The notes beneath the pieces are model-generated. The model saw only the letters and a list, made by a program, of their open reading frames with translations, searched no databases and was not told where the DNA came from. Shown in pieces: positions 22,772 through 31,790 of a stretch of DNA of 35,921 nt. The position numbers and the translations under genes are program-made. Numbering within the stretch: position 1 is the stretch's first letter; each line of letters begins with the position of its first letter. Source of the DNA: Thermoplasmatota archaeon (GTDB lineage Archaea > Thermoplasmatota > Penumbrarchaeia > Penumbrarchaeales > Penumbrarchaeaceae); assembly GCA_049472275.1 (NCBI GenBank), contig JBLIRL010000002.1, forward strand, positions 1-35,921. The letters are read 5' to 3'.

Positions 22772-25700
22772 ATGGAGCTGGTCCCGCCCGTACTCGTCCT
22801 GATAGCAGGCGGGGCGCCCGTAATCCTGCTCGTTCTGCTGTTAATCCTGGGCGTCTCGACATCCACGAACAGGGCGTCAATGATGCTCGGGCTGAGGCTC
22901 TTTGTACGGAATCTCAAGGAAGGCGCCTCCCGGATGATCCCGGTGGCGCTCCTCGCATCCATTGTCGTCTCATCGCTTTCCGTGGGGGACGGCCTTCTTC
23001 TGATGGTCGAACGGAATACGGATGCGAACCTATCCGGTGTTGATGTTGTCGTCTCCTTCCCCTCTCCCGTGGACAAATGGGTCATCCAGGGGTCGATCCC
23101 TGGCCCAGCAGGACCTGTTGCCGACTGGGATATGATGCTCTCCTATGACGGTATAGCAGAATCCGAACCGGCAGGGAGGAGGAACGATGTGAGGGTCATG
23201 GGAGTCTTCAACGGCGGGGAGACGATCCTCGGTATCCGGAGGGCGGTCAGCGGGGAGCTGGAGGAGTTGGAGGAAAGGACCGATGCCTACGTCAATCTCG
23301 AGATGGCACGGTCACTGGACCTTGAAAAGGGCGATACCTTTACCCTCTCGATATATGATAGGGGAGCTGCCCAGGACAATCTTCTGGGCTATTCATCAGA
23401 TTCCCTGCCCGTCGTTCAGCTGACGGTCGCCGACATCATAGCGAACAAGGGGATAGGGAGGTTCCGCCAGGATGCTCTTTCGAAGGTCGATCCGATCTGC
23501 GTGATGCATCATCACTACCTGAGGGACAGGCTCGGATTGATAGACGGTGTCAATACCATGCTCATCGATATGGAAGATGACAGGGTGGAGGAGGGCATCG
23601 ATCTCATAACCGAAAGTCTGGATGAATGGCTCACAATGGAAGACGCAGGTTTCAGGCTTGAGCTCAAGGACGACCGGATGATCCTGACCCACAGGGATTT
23701 CTTCTTCCATCCGGAGGATGTGGGATTGGACCCTGGTTCCGGGACGCTCTCCTATTTCGTTGACAGGTTGGACAAGGGCACCGTTGAAGACAATCCTGAT
23801 CCGCTTGGCCTTTCTTATTCAGTCGTCGTCGGCCTTCAGGACAATCACACATTCAGAGGAGATGGATACCCATCCCAACCACATTGGATATCCCCTTATA
23901 ATCTAACGAGGGGGGAGGTGATCGTCAACAACTGGACAGCTGAAAGGATGGAACTCGCTTCGGGGATTCCCCTCACGCTCACCTACAGGAGGGTCTCGGA
24001 ACTTGGTACACTGATGGAGGAGAAGAGGTCCTTCAAGGTAGCAAAGATAGTTCCAATGGAGCACTGGATGGCATGGGATGGCTGGATGCCCGATCTTCCC
24101 GGGATCACTGAAGCGCCGTCCTGCGGCGACTGGGACCCCTCCTTCGAAATTGACGTTGATTCACTCACCGACGGCGATTTCGAATACTGGGACGTGTACA
24201 GGACTGCGCCCAAATGCATGATCCATGTCGAAGATGCAAGGGAGATGTGGGGAGTGACCACGGGTAACACCACCCTTGTTGTCCTCAAGGAAGGAAACCT
24301 CACCTATGATGATCTCATAGCGCAGGAAGCGATCCTTTCAGAGCATATCACCGTTGAAAGCATGGGAGGTTCCGTGAGAAATGTCAGAAAGGAAGCGCTG
24401 GATTCATCAAGGGCAATGCTGATCTTTCCTGGAATGTTCCTGACGTTCGGCTCCATCATCATGATAGGATCCCTGCTCGTGCTCTACGCCCTGTTCAGGG
24501 ACCTGGCCGGTAAGCGAGCCCATACCTGGGGGATACTAAGGGCCGTTGGTGTCACCAGGAAGGACCTGCTCGTAACAGGGACCTTCGAAGCACTTGTTCC
24601 GATACTGGTCGGAGGCGGTCTCGGAATACCTTTAGGTTACATTATCGGATATGCCCTGAATCTCGGTCTCGGAAGTGCATGGTCGGATTCCGTGGAGGGG
24701 GCGGGTGTGCCCTTCTCGGTCTCAACCTCCACCATAACCATATCCCTGGGTCTTTCGGTCCTGTTCGGTCTTATCCTCGCCGTGGCATCCATCATCAGGG
24801 AGGCGATGGCAGCTCCCATCGCCAACATCAGGGACGAGGACCCGACAGTTTCCTCATTCGGGAGACGGGGCAGGGTCGGGATCATAATCGCCGGTCTGCT
24901 CATCATCGAATTCGGCCTGTGGGCACTAGCTGCCGGTTCAACCATCACCGGGATGACCTCGGCGGGATTCTTCGTGACGGGGTCAATACTGGTGTCGTCC
25001 GGATCCGGACTTCTCCTCTACCTTCTGATTGCCAGGGTGCGCTACAGGTCCGATCTTTCGCTGATGGTCTCCTCCAACCTCTCGAGGAGACCCGGCAAGA
25101 ATCCGCTGTCGATAGCCATACTGTCCCTCATGCTGACCCTGGCCCTCTCACTTACTTTCATGGGCTCGCTCCTTGAGGAGGATGTTTCCTCTTCATATGA
25201 TGAATACGGGGGAGGATTCGCTTGGGTGGTCGAAACGGCGATCCCCCATCGAGGCGAGGTCGAGCTCCCAGGTATGGAGGTCTCCGTCCTTCTCTCGATA
25301 GGCGAGGAAGGAGGCACCTGCTCGAACATCAATGCACCTTACCCGCCCAGGCTTCTCGGTGTGGAGGATGATTTCCATCTGGTTTCCGATTTCGGACTCC
25401 TTTCCAGACTCGACAGGTTCGGATCGGACGGGGACGTATGGACGGGGCTCGATTCGGAGATAGACGGCAGGATACCGATCCTTGTTGACCAGAACACTTT
25501 GCTGTGGATCTACTACGAGGATCTCGGATCGGAGTTCAAACTGGATTCAGAGGACGGCACGGAATTGACGCTTGTTGTGGTAGGCATCCTCGAGCCGTCG
25601 GTGCTCACAGGAACCTTCGTTCTCTCCAAATCCATAATGAAGCAGTGGTTCCCGTCAATGGCAAGGCCGACCTATTTTCTGATATCCGGTGATGGAGTCG

Positions 25701-26185
25701 AGGAGGAAAGGGAGAAGATATCCGAGGCCTTTTCGGATTCCCTCCCGAAGATCGAATGGGTGGGAGAGCTTGCAAGAGAGAACCTGGATTACGAGCTGTC
25801 CTACCTGTATCTGTTTCGTGATTTTCTTATGTTCGGCCTTTTGGTTGCCATGGCATCAGCGGCAATATTCGCACATGCAAGGGCTCTTTCGCTGAGGAAG
25901 GAGATGATCTCGCTCCGGTCCATCGGTGTCACCAGGATAAGGTCGGTGCAGTACTTCCTTGCAGAGAACATGGTCGTGTTCTCCGTTGCCACGGTCGCAT
26001 CTGTCGCCGGTTCGGTGATATCGATATTGATCTTCGGCGGCCTTGGCGGGGGCGCTCCTTCTCCTGGAACCTCTATCCCGTCGGCGATCGTGATAGGGGC
26101 CTTTCTTCTCGTATCCCTCATCGTGAGCCTGATATCATCAATGACAGCGATCCGCTCTTTCTCCGGCCTAACCCACAGGAACTGA
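22772..26185 (+). CDS. ABC-transporter-type permease with two FtsX/MacB-like domains and two large extracytoplasmic domains, 1,137 aa
   Basis: MMLGLRLFVRNLKEGASRM resembles the classical FtsX-family N-terminus, so an alternative start at ATG 22880 is plausible. First FtsX module: MLIFPGMFLTFGSIIMIGSLLVLYALFRDLAGKRAHTWGILRAVGVTRKDLL. Second module: YLYLFRDFLMFGLLVAMASAAIFAHARALSLRKEMISLRSIGVTRIRSVQYFLAENMV. About 10 TM helices in total. No ATPase gene is adjacent. Confidence 0.8.
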   Translation: MELVPPVLVLIAGGAPVILLVLLLILGVSTSTNRASMMLGLRLFVRNLKEGASRMIPVALLASIVVSSLSVGDGLLLMVERNTDANLSGVDVVVSFPSPVDKWVIQGSIPGPAGPVADWDMMLSYDGIAESEPAGRRNDVRVMGVFNGGETILGIRRAVSGELEELEERTDAYVNLEMARSLDLEKGDTFTLSIYDRGAAQDNLLGYSSDSLPVVQLTVADIIANKGIGRFRQDALSKVDPICVMHHHYLRDRLGLIDGVNTMLIDMEDDRVEEGIDLITESLDEWLTMEDAGFRLELKDDRMILTHRDFFFHPEDVGLDPGSGTLSYFVDRLDKGTVEDNPDPLGLSYSVVVGLQDNHTFRGDGYPSQPHWISPYNLTRGEVIVNNWTAERMELASGIPLTLTYRRVSELGTLMEEKRSFKVAKIVPMEHWMAWDGWMPDLPGITEAPSCGDWDPSFEIDVDSLTDGDFEYWDVYRTAPKCMIHVEDAREMWGVTTGNTTLVVLKEGNLTYDDLIAQEAILSEHITVESMGGSVRNVRKEALDSSRAMLIFPGMFLTFGSIIMIGSLLVLYALFRDLAGKRAHTWGILRAVGVTRKDLLVTGTFEALVPILVGGGLGIPLGYIIGYALNLGLGSAWSDSVEGAGVPFSVSTSTITISLGLSVLFGLILAVASIIREAMAAPIANIRDEDPTVSSFGRRGRVGIIIAGLLIIEFGLWALAAGSTITGMTSAGFFVTGSILVSSGSGLLLYLLIARVRYRSDLSLMVSSNLSRRPGKNPLSIAILSLMLTLALSLTFMGSLLEEDVSSSYDEYGGGFAWVVETAIPHRGEVELPGMEVSVLLSIGEEGGTCSNINAPYPPRLLGVEDDFHLVSDFGLLSRLDRFGSDGDVWTGLDSEIDGRIPILVDQNTLLWIYYEDLGSEFKLDSEDGTELTLVVVGILEPSVLTGTFVLSKSIMKQWFPSMARPTYFLISGDGVEEEREKISEAFSDSLPKIEWVGELARENLDYELSYLYLFRDFLMFGLLVAMASAAIFAHARALSLRKEMISLRSIGVTRIRSVQYFLAENMVVFSVATVASVAGSVISILIFGGLGGGAPSPGTSIPSAIVIGAFLLVSLIVSLISSMTAIRSFSGLTHRN

Positions 26186-26203
26186 AGGTATTCCTCCATA
26201 ACG

Positions 26204-26210
26204 TATAAAT
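26204..26210 (+). promoter_or_regulatory. TATA-like box (TATAAAT) ~27 nt upstream of ATG 26234; possible internal promoter giving a leaderless transcript
   Basis: No SD-like motif precedes ATG 26234, and the TATA-to-ATG spacing matches the archaeal TATA-to-TSS distance. Confidence 0.3.
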
Positions 26211-26233
26211 CGGAATGATACAGCTTCGTACCC

Positions 26234-27520
26234 ATGGATGATCGTCCGGGGGGACCGTCACAATTCCCGATATTGGCCATAGCGGCGGTCCTTCTAATCT
26301 CCGTTGGAATATCCTCGGTCAGTGCCGGGGGTGACTGGATCTCCTTCAGGGGGAACTTGCAGAATACCGCTGCCTCGCACCAGGACCCCGGCAATCTCAC
26401 AAAGAGGTGGGAGTTCGAGGCCGATTCGTCCATAACGACCTCTGTCGTCATCGGTGACGGGTATTCCATCTTCGGTACATTCAACGGTAGCGTGTATCGA
26501 CTGGATACGAATGACGGGGCCGTCCAGTGGGAGATGAACCTGGATGCCCCGGTCCAATCTACACCCGCATTGGATACCAAGAGAGGGGCTGTTTACATAT
26601 GCGACAGCTCGGGGACCGTGACCAGCCTCCATCTCGTGAACGGAACCGTGAAATGGCAGTGGGTTCCCGAGGACGGGAACGACATACGGTCCTCCCCTCT
26701 GGTTGACGACAAGATCTATTTCGGGTCCTACGACTCCTATCTTTATGCTCTCGAGACCGATGGGAGACTGGCATGGAGGTTCGAAGGATGTCTCGGATGG
26801 ATACACACCTCACCGTCAAAAATGGGCGATATGGTCTATTTCGGATCATGCGACGGTATGATGAGGGCCGTCTCCGCTAGTACCGGAGAGGAGGTGTGGA
26901 ACTTCACATCCGCATACATTCCGTCCTCCCCAGCAATATCCGAAGGTAGAGTATATTTCGGGGCTTATGACTCCAATTTCTATTGTATCGATGCCTACAA
27001 CGGCAGCTTGATCTGGAACACGACACTCGGTAACAACATCTATTCATCTCCTTCCGTGAACGGAGAAAGTGTGGTTGTTGGCTGTGATGACGGCAAGCTC
27101 TACTGCATGGATGCCGGATCTGGTGATGTGCAGTGGGTCTTGGACCTCGGCCCTTCTCCGCTGGAGAGCTCCCCGCTTATAGCAGGGGGGCGCACCATGG
27201 TCTGTTATGATCAGGGAATGATCGTTGCGGACCTGGAGAGCGGTATTGTCAAACAGAGGTTCCTGTGGGGGAACAGCGCCGATGTTTCACCCTCGACCGG
27301 CAGAGGGCTGGTCCTTTTCGGGGATGCGCAGGGCTATGTATACTGCCTCGAGAGCGGCAAGGTAGTGGATGATGACGATGACATGCTGGACCTCAACGAT
27401 GAGGTGGATGCGAGGAGGGACGTCATCTTCTTTGCGGTCGGTATGTTCCTTGTCGTCAACGTACTACTGTTCGTTTTCCTCAGAAAATACAGAAAGATCA
27501 GAAAGAACAGCAGGGATTGA
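26234..27520 (+). CDS. PQQ-like (BamB-type) beta-propeller repeat protein, signal peptide plus C-terminal TM anchor, 428 aa
   Basis: Repeated blades: GSVYRLDTNDGAVQWE, GTVTSLHLVNGTVKWQW, YLYALETDGRLAWRF, GMMRAVSASTGEEVWNF, NFYCIDAYNGSLIWN, GKLYCMDAGSGDVQWV, GYVYCLE. N-terminal FPILAIAAVLLISVGISSVSA. C-terminal poly-Asp, then VIFFAVGMFLVVNVLLFVFL and a basic tail. Confidence 0.8.
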   Translation: MDDRPGGPSQFPILAIAAVLLISVGISSVSAGGDWISFRGNLQNTAASHQDPGNLTKRWEFEADSSITTSVVIGDGYSIFGTFNGSVYRLDTNDGAVQWEMNLDAPVQSTPALDTKRGAVYICDSSGTVTSLHLVNGTVKWQWVPEDGNDIRSSPLVDDKIYFGSYDSYLYALETDGRLAWRFEGCLGWIHTSPSKMGDMVYFGSCDGMMRAVSASTGEEVWNFTSAYIPSSPAISEGRVYFGAYDSNFYCIDAYNGSLIWNTTLGNNIYSSPSVNGESVVVGCDDGKLYCMDAGSGDVQWVLDLGPSPLESSPLIAGGRTMVCYDQGMIVADLESGIVKQRFLWGNSADVSPSTGRGLVLFGDAQGYVYCLESGKVVDDDDDMLDLNDEVDARRDVIFFAVGMFLVVNVLLFVFLRKYRKIRKNSRD

Positions 27521-27613
27521 ACATTTGGGAATGTCCCCATAACCCTTATGTACAATGTCCCGTAATTGACTGGCTGTAGGGATGGGGTGGTCGTCTACAT
27601 CCGGGGGATCGTG

Positions 27614-29296
27614 ATGGGAACCTTGAAGCAATGGAATTTTGGATGGACCGGATTGTTTCCGGGTTTCCTTATTGTTATGTTAACGATAGCTTCATTGATA
27701 ACTCCTCTTCGATCGGACGGAGTGTGGACCGAATGGCGGGGCGACCCTCTTCATCTGGCCGAGGTGACCGGGGAGCTTCCCCCTGTAGGGGAGTTGATCT
27801 GGTCGTATCAGACCGGTGATCAGGTCCTCTCATCATCCGTTTTCTACGACGGGGGAATGCTCATCGGGTCTGACGACGGCAATATCTACTGCATGGAACT
27901 CGATACCGGAGAGGTCCTCTGGAAATTCAAGACATCGGGCTCCGTTCAGGCAACACCGATGATAAGGGACGGAAAGGCGTACTTCGGGTCCTTCGATGAG
28001 AACCTCTACTGCATCTCGCTACCGGAAGCGGGAAGCGGGGGAAGCGCTTCGCTTGTCTGGAACGTCACACTCCACGGCCAGGTCCTCTCATCCTGCCACT
28101 GGTATGTCGATTCCGTCATAACGGCAGACAACTCAGGACGTCTTTACAGAGTTGACGCATCGGGAAACATCCTCTGGGAGACAGACCTTTCTGACCTGGA
28201 CATATGGGCCTCACCTCTCATACTCGAGGAGGAGGGGAGGGCGCTCATAGGGGATATCGGCAGCAGGCTGTGGCTCGTGGACCTCGAGGAAGGCGACGTC
28301 GTCTGGGAGAAGACTTTCGAGGGGAGCACCGAACTTTATTCATCAGGCACCTACCAAAACGGGGTCTATTACACCCCGGGAGGCCTTGATGAGAAGTTCT
28401 ACGCCGTACGGGTCTCCGATGGAGAGGTCCTCTGGTCCTTCGACTGCGGACATGCCGCGTATTCAACACCCGTCATCCGAGATGACCGCATCTATTTCGG
28501 TTCATTCGAGATCATGTGGTGCATCCCACTTGAGGACCCGGACGGAAACGGCAACATATCTGCAGAGGAGGTGATCTGGTCGTCACCGACGAATGATTAT
28601 CAGGGCGGATCCTCACCTCTCGTTGTCGGGGGAAGGGTCTATATCGGATCGGACGACTGGAACCTGTACTGTTTCGACAGCGATACCGGCGAGGAGATAT
28701 GGACCTTCGAGACGAAGGGGTATATCTACTCGTCGCCGGCTCTATACGGGGAAAGGATCTATTTCGGATCCTCCGACAGGAACATATACTGCTTAGGTGA
28801 GAGGCCTCCCGGTCTGGTTATCGAGGCTGTTCCCGACCTGAGGGAGATGACCTCCGACAACACCACCCGAATCACGATTACCGTTTCGGACGACGAGGGA
28901 AGTCCTGTAGGGGAGGCCGATGTGACCTTCACTTCATCTGCGGGTTTCATTGCCTTCGATGAAGAGGGAAACACAAGACTGGATCATATCACTGACAGCG
29001 AGGGCAGACTCATCGTCTACTACATTCCCGTCCAGGTCAGTTCAAGATCGACAATAGATATCAACATCAGGGCCGAGAAAACCGGGCTCAGCTCCTCCAC
29101 CCAGCTCCTCCAGGTCATAGTGGAACCGGGAGAGGGGGGAGGCCAATCGACAAACGAAGTGGGGGAGGATGTTGAAAAAAGGGTGCCTTACATAGCGGCC
29201 ATAATTATTCTCGTGATGGTCAACGTCATTCTCTTCCTGGTCGTAATGGTCTGGTTCATCCGCAACAGATACGAGGACCGGGAGGTGGGAAATTGA
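27614..29296 (+). CDS. PQQ-like beta-propeller repeat protein with a C-terminal Ig-like (Big_1-like) domain and TM anchor, ~560 aa
   Basis: Blades: GNIYCMELDTGEVLWKF, NLYCISL, GRLYRVDASGNILWE, RLWLVDLEEGDVVWE, KFYAVRVSDGEVLWSF, NLYCFDSDTGEEIWTF, NIYCLG. Ig-like module: TRITITVSDDEGSPVGEADVTFTSSAG...RLIVYYIP. TM: YIAAIIILVMVNVILFLVVMVWFI. The ORF track starts at TTG 27566; I prefer in-frame ATG 27614 (MGTLKQWNFGWTGLFPGFLIVMLTIASLI). Confidence 0.8.
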   Translation: MGTLKQWNFGWTGLFPGFLIVMLTIASLITPLRSDGVWTEWRGDPLHLAEVTGELPPVGELIWSYQTGDQVLSSSVFYDGGMLIGSDDGNIYCMELDTGEVLWKFKTSGSVQATPMIRDGKAYFGSFDENLYCISLPEAGSGGSASLVWNVTLHGQVLSSCHWYVDSVITADNSGRLYRVDASGNILWETDLSDLDIWASPLILEEEGRALIGDIGSRLWLVDLEEGDVVWEKTFEGSTELYSSGTYQNGVYYTPGGLDEKFYAVRVSDGEVLWSFDCGHAAYSTPVIRDDRIYFGSFEIMWCIPLEDPDGNGNISAEEVIWSSPTNDYQGGSSPLVVGGRVYIGSDDWNLYCFDSDTGEEIWTFETKGYIYSSPALYGERIYFGSSDRNIYCLGERPPGLVIEAVPDLREMTSDNTTRITITVSDDEGSPVGEADVTFTSSAGFIAFDEEGNTRLDHITDSEGRLIVYYIPVQVSSRSTIDINIRAEKTGLSSSTQLLQVIVEPGEGGGQSTNEVGEDVEKRVPYIAAIIILVMVNVILFLVVMVWFIRNRYEDREVGN

Positions 29297-30495
29297 ACGG
29301 GAATATCTGCCTGCCCCGACTGCTTGCTATAATGATGCTTGCTCTCCCGCTCCTTGGTCTTCCAGGATCGGGTGGCCCCTCCGAAATAGAACCCTCGAAT
29401 ATCGAGGTACTATGGAAGTACACCAAGGAAGATAACGAGGCGACTTTCTGGAAACTTGACTGGTCCCCGGACGGGAACCTCATCGCGGCAACGTTCTTCG
29501 ACGACAGATGCGTGATTCTGAACGCCGCCGATGGCAGTGTGTTCAAGGAGCTCGACCTCTCCCTCCCCAGGACAAGGTGCGATGGCTTCGCACCTGACAG
29601 CCTGAACCCTCTCAGGGCGTGCTGCTTCTCACCCGATGGCAAATATCTTGCGGTTGGGGGAGACGACCTTGTGGTCATGGTCTACGATACGGAATCCTGG
29701 GAGGTCAAGTACGAGCTCACGGGGCACACCGGGTCCATACTCGCACTCGATTTCTCCCCTGACGGAGAATATCTCGCGTCCGGATCCGGGACGGACAAGG
29801 TCATACCCCAGAACGCCGGAGAGAACCAGACCAGGATATGGGATATGGAGACTGGAGAGCAGGTACTGGTTCTGGGTGGTCACAGGGACGGAGTGCTGGC
29901 AGTGAAGTGGTCAAACGGCGGGGACAGGCTTGCGACGGCCTCGGACGACAGGACCCTCAGGATCTGGGAAATACCTTCGGGCAAGGAATTGATGAACACC
30001 AGCGGACACACTTCCGGTATTCTGGATGTTGACTGGACCCCCGACGATCAGATGTTGATCACCGGGTCGAGGGACTACAAGATCAAGGTATGGAACGCCT
30101 CAACCGGAGAAACCCGGAGCACATGGTCCGATTACAACTGCGTGAGGTCGGTGGATGTTCACCCCACCGGGACATACGCTGCGACCTCAGGTGTCGACCT
30201 CACATTGAAGATAAGGGATATGGGAACGGGGACGGAGCTTAAGGTCGTCAAGGACGGGGTCGAGCAGCATGCAATGGTGATGTCCTCCAGATGGTCCCCG
30301 GACGGGAGGCTTCTCGCTTCCGGTCTTGGCAAGAGCCACACGGTGATACTGTACGGCTTCGGTTCGGAGAGCAGCGATGGGGGCGTCATATCCACGGGGA
30401 CCATTACCTGGATAGTGATCGGGACCATCTCCGTGGTCTTCATCCTGGCACTGTTCTATCCCCTGAGATGGACCATCAGGAGGAGGAGACCTTGA
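29293..30495 (+). CDS. WD40-repeat beta-propeller protein predicted to be extracytoplasmic (signal peptide plus C-terminal TM anchor), 400 aa
   Basis: WD repeats: LTGHTGSILALDFSPDGEYLASGS, GGHRDGVLAVKWSNGGDRLATASDDRTLRIWE, GHTSGILDVDWTPDDQMLITGSRDYKIKVWN, VRSVDVHPTGTYAATSGVDLTLKIRD, SSRWSPDGRLLASG. N-terminus MNGNICLPRLLAIMMLALPLLGLPGSG; C-terminal TM ITWIVIGTISVVFILALFYPL followed by RRRR. TTG start overlaps the upstream stop (TTGA), with GGAGGTGG ~6 nt upstream. Confidence 0.78.
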   Translation: MNGNICLPRLLAIMMLALPLLGLPGSGGPSEIEPSNIEVLWKYTKEDNEATFWKLDWSPDGNLIAATFFDDRCVILNAADGSVFKELDLSLPRTRCDGFAPDSLNPLRACCFSPDGKYLAVGGDDLVVMVYDTESWEVKYELTGHTGSILALDFSPDGEYLASGSGTDKVIPQNAGENQTRIWDMETGEQVLVLGGHRDGVLAVKWSNGGDRLATASDDRTLRIWEIPSGKELMNTSGHTSGILDVDWTPDDQMLITGSRDYKIKVWNASTGETRSTWSDYNCVRSVDVHPTGTYAATSGVDLTLKIRDMGTGTELKVVKDGVEQHAMVMSSRWSPDGRLLASGLGKSHTVILYGFGSESSDGGVISTGTITWIVIGTISVVFILALFYPLRWTIRRRRP

Positions 30496-31790
30496 GATCG
30501 AATGGTCTTGTTGTCCCTGCCGTCATAATTTCATTGATTTTGATGGTTGTACCTCCGGTCAGTGGAGAGGTCACTCCGGACCAGCTTACCTCGGGTATCG
30601 GGAGGTTCATGTCCATAATCTGCGAGGATGTGGATTCCGACGGAAGGATGGAGATCCTCTTCGGCTCCTACGATGGTTATGTGGTCTCGGTGGAGCATTA
30701 TGCCGGAGAATATCAGGTCGACTGGACATCCCCGAGGTACGGTACGAGGGTCTGGGGTCTCAGGGCAGGGCAGTTCGATGACGATGAGAACATCGAGATA
30801 GTGATCGGTGACGGCGATGGTGAGGTCAGGGTCCTCGACGGTAAGACCAAGAAGGTCGAGTGGGAATCCGTGACACTGGTTCGGGACGCCCACGGAATAC
30901 TTCTACATGACCTAGACCATGACGGAAGTAACGAACTGATAGTGGGTACGGGGTTCAAGACCGATCAGGGCTGGGGGCAGGTCTACTTCTTCAAACCCGA
31001 CAGCCCTGAACCCTACGATACACTTCCTCCCTTCGATTCCAGATTGAGGGAGTTGGATGTCGTGGACGTCGACGGGGACGGCGAGGAGGAATTGATAGTC
31101 TGCTCGGGTGTCTCACTCGGTGATATCAGAGGTGAAGGATACATACGGGTGTTCGACCTGGCAACAAAGAAGCTCGAATGGAAGAGCCCGGACCTTCAAG
31201 GCTGCACCGAGGGACTCAAGGTCATCGACCTGGAAGGAGACGGGACGCTCGAGATCGTCGTCTCCAACGGATACAGGTACCGTGAGGGATGGTGTTACAT
31301 TTTCAGGTACGACGGAACGGATTACAGAAGGATCTGGAGGAGCGAGAACCTTGGACCCAAGGCTTACGGTCTGGATGTCGCCGACATTGACAACGACGGT
31401 ACCCTGGAGATAGTGGTATCGAACATGGACGGCCACATATTCGTTTACGATGGTGTCACCAGGCAGCTCGAGTGGAAGTCAAAGAACCTCGGCAGGGATA
31501 TCCTGGGGATAACCATCGCCGATCCGGACAAGGACGGACAGCTCGAGATCATTGCTGGCCAAGGAGGCTACAACGGCAAGGGAGACTTCACATCGGGATA
31601 CGTTACACCGCATGTTTACATCATAGACGGGAGCACCAAGGAGATAGAGGAGGTGATGGGAGAGGTCGATCCGGTCCTGCAGTGGCTCAAGGTAGCCACG
31701 TACGTCCTAGTCGGGATCGTTCTCGTTCAGGCCGCGGTCCTTTCCAGATTGTGGCTCAGGCACATCAGGAATCGGGGGGCAAGGAAATGA
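30492..31790 (+). CDS. FG-GAP/VCBS (integrin-alpha-like) beta-propeller repeat protein, signal peptide plus C-terminal TM anchor, ~432 aa
   Basis: Seven Ca-binding-type repeats: DVDSDGRMEILFGS, DDDENIEIVIGDGDG, DLDHDGSNELIVGTG, DVDGDGEEELIVCSG, DLEGDGTLEIVVSNG, DIDNDGTLEIVVSNMDG, DPDKDGQLEIIAGQG. I trimmed the 499-aa ORF to TTG 30492, giving (M)RSNGLVVPAVIISLILMVVPPVSG. That start overlaps the WD40 stop (TTGA) and follows GGAGGAGGAG. C-terminal TM: VATYVLVGIVLVQAAVL. Confidence 0.75.
   Translation: MRSNGLVVPAVIISLILMVVPPVSGEVTPDQLTSGIGRFMSIICEDVDSDGRMEILFGSYDGYVVSVEHYAGEYQVDWTSPRYGTRVWGLRAGQFDDDENIEIVIGDGDGEVRVLDGKTKKVEWESVTLVRDAHGILLHDLDHDGSNELIVGTGFKTDQGWGQVYFFKPDSPEPYDTLPPFDSRLRELDVVDVDGDGEEELIVCSGVSLGDIRGEGYIRVFDLATKKLEWKSPDLQGCTEGLKVIDLEGDGTLEIVVSNGYRYREGWCYIFRYDGTDYRRIWRSENLGPKAYGLDVADIDNDGTLEIVVSNMDGHIFVYDGVTRQLEWKSKNLGRDILGITIADPDKDGQLEIIAGQGGYNGKGDFTSGYVTPHVYIIDGSTKEIEEVMGEVDPVLQWLKVATYVLVGIVLVQAAVLSRLWLRHIRNRGARK

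Noticed and set aside
22638-22880. N-terminal extension of the 163-aa minus-strand ORF (22389-22880)
   Set aside because: The extension runs through the AT-rich divergent promoter and overlaps the FtsX gene start. Its translation is Arg/Pro-rich and non-hydrophobic, unlike the membrane-protein part. I trimmed it to ATG 22637.
25801-26580. 259-aa minus-strand ORF spanning the FtsX 3' end and the PQQ-like gene 5' end
   Set aside because: It is antisense to two plus-strand genes with clear family motifs, has no motifs of its own, and crosses an intergenic promoter region.
30291-30491. Upstream extension of the FG-GAP ORF (track start 30291), and likewise 31472-31786 for the NapH-like ORF
   Set aside because: Both extensions overlap the preceding, well-supported genes in another frame and encode Arg/His-rich junk. 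SD-preceded starts that overlap the upstream stop codons give proper signal-peptide or N-terminal sequences.
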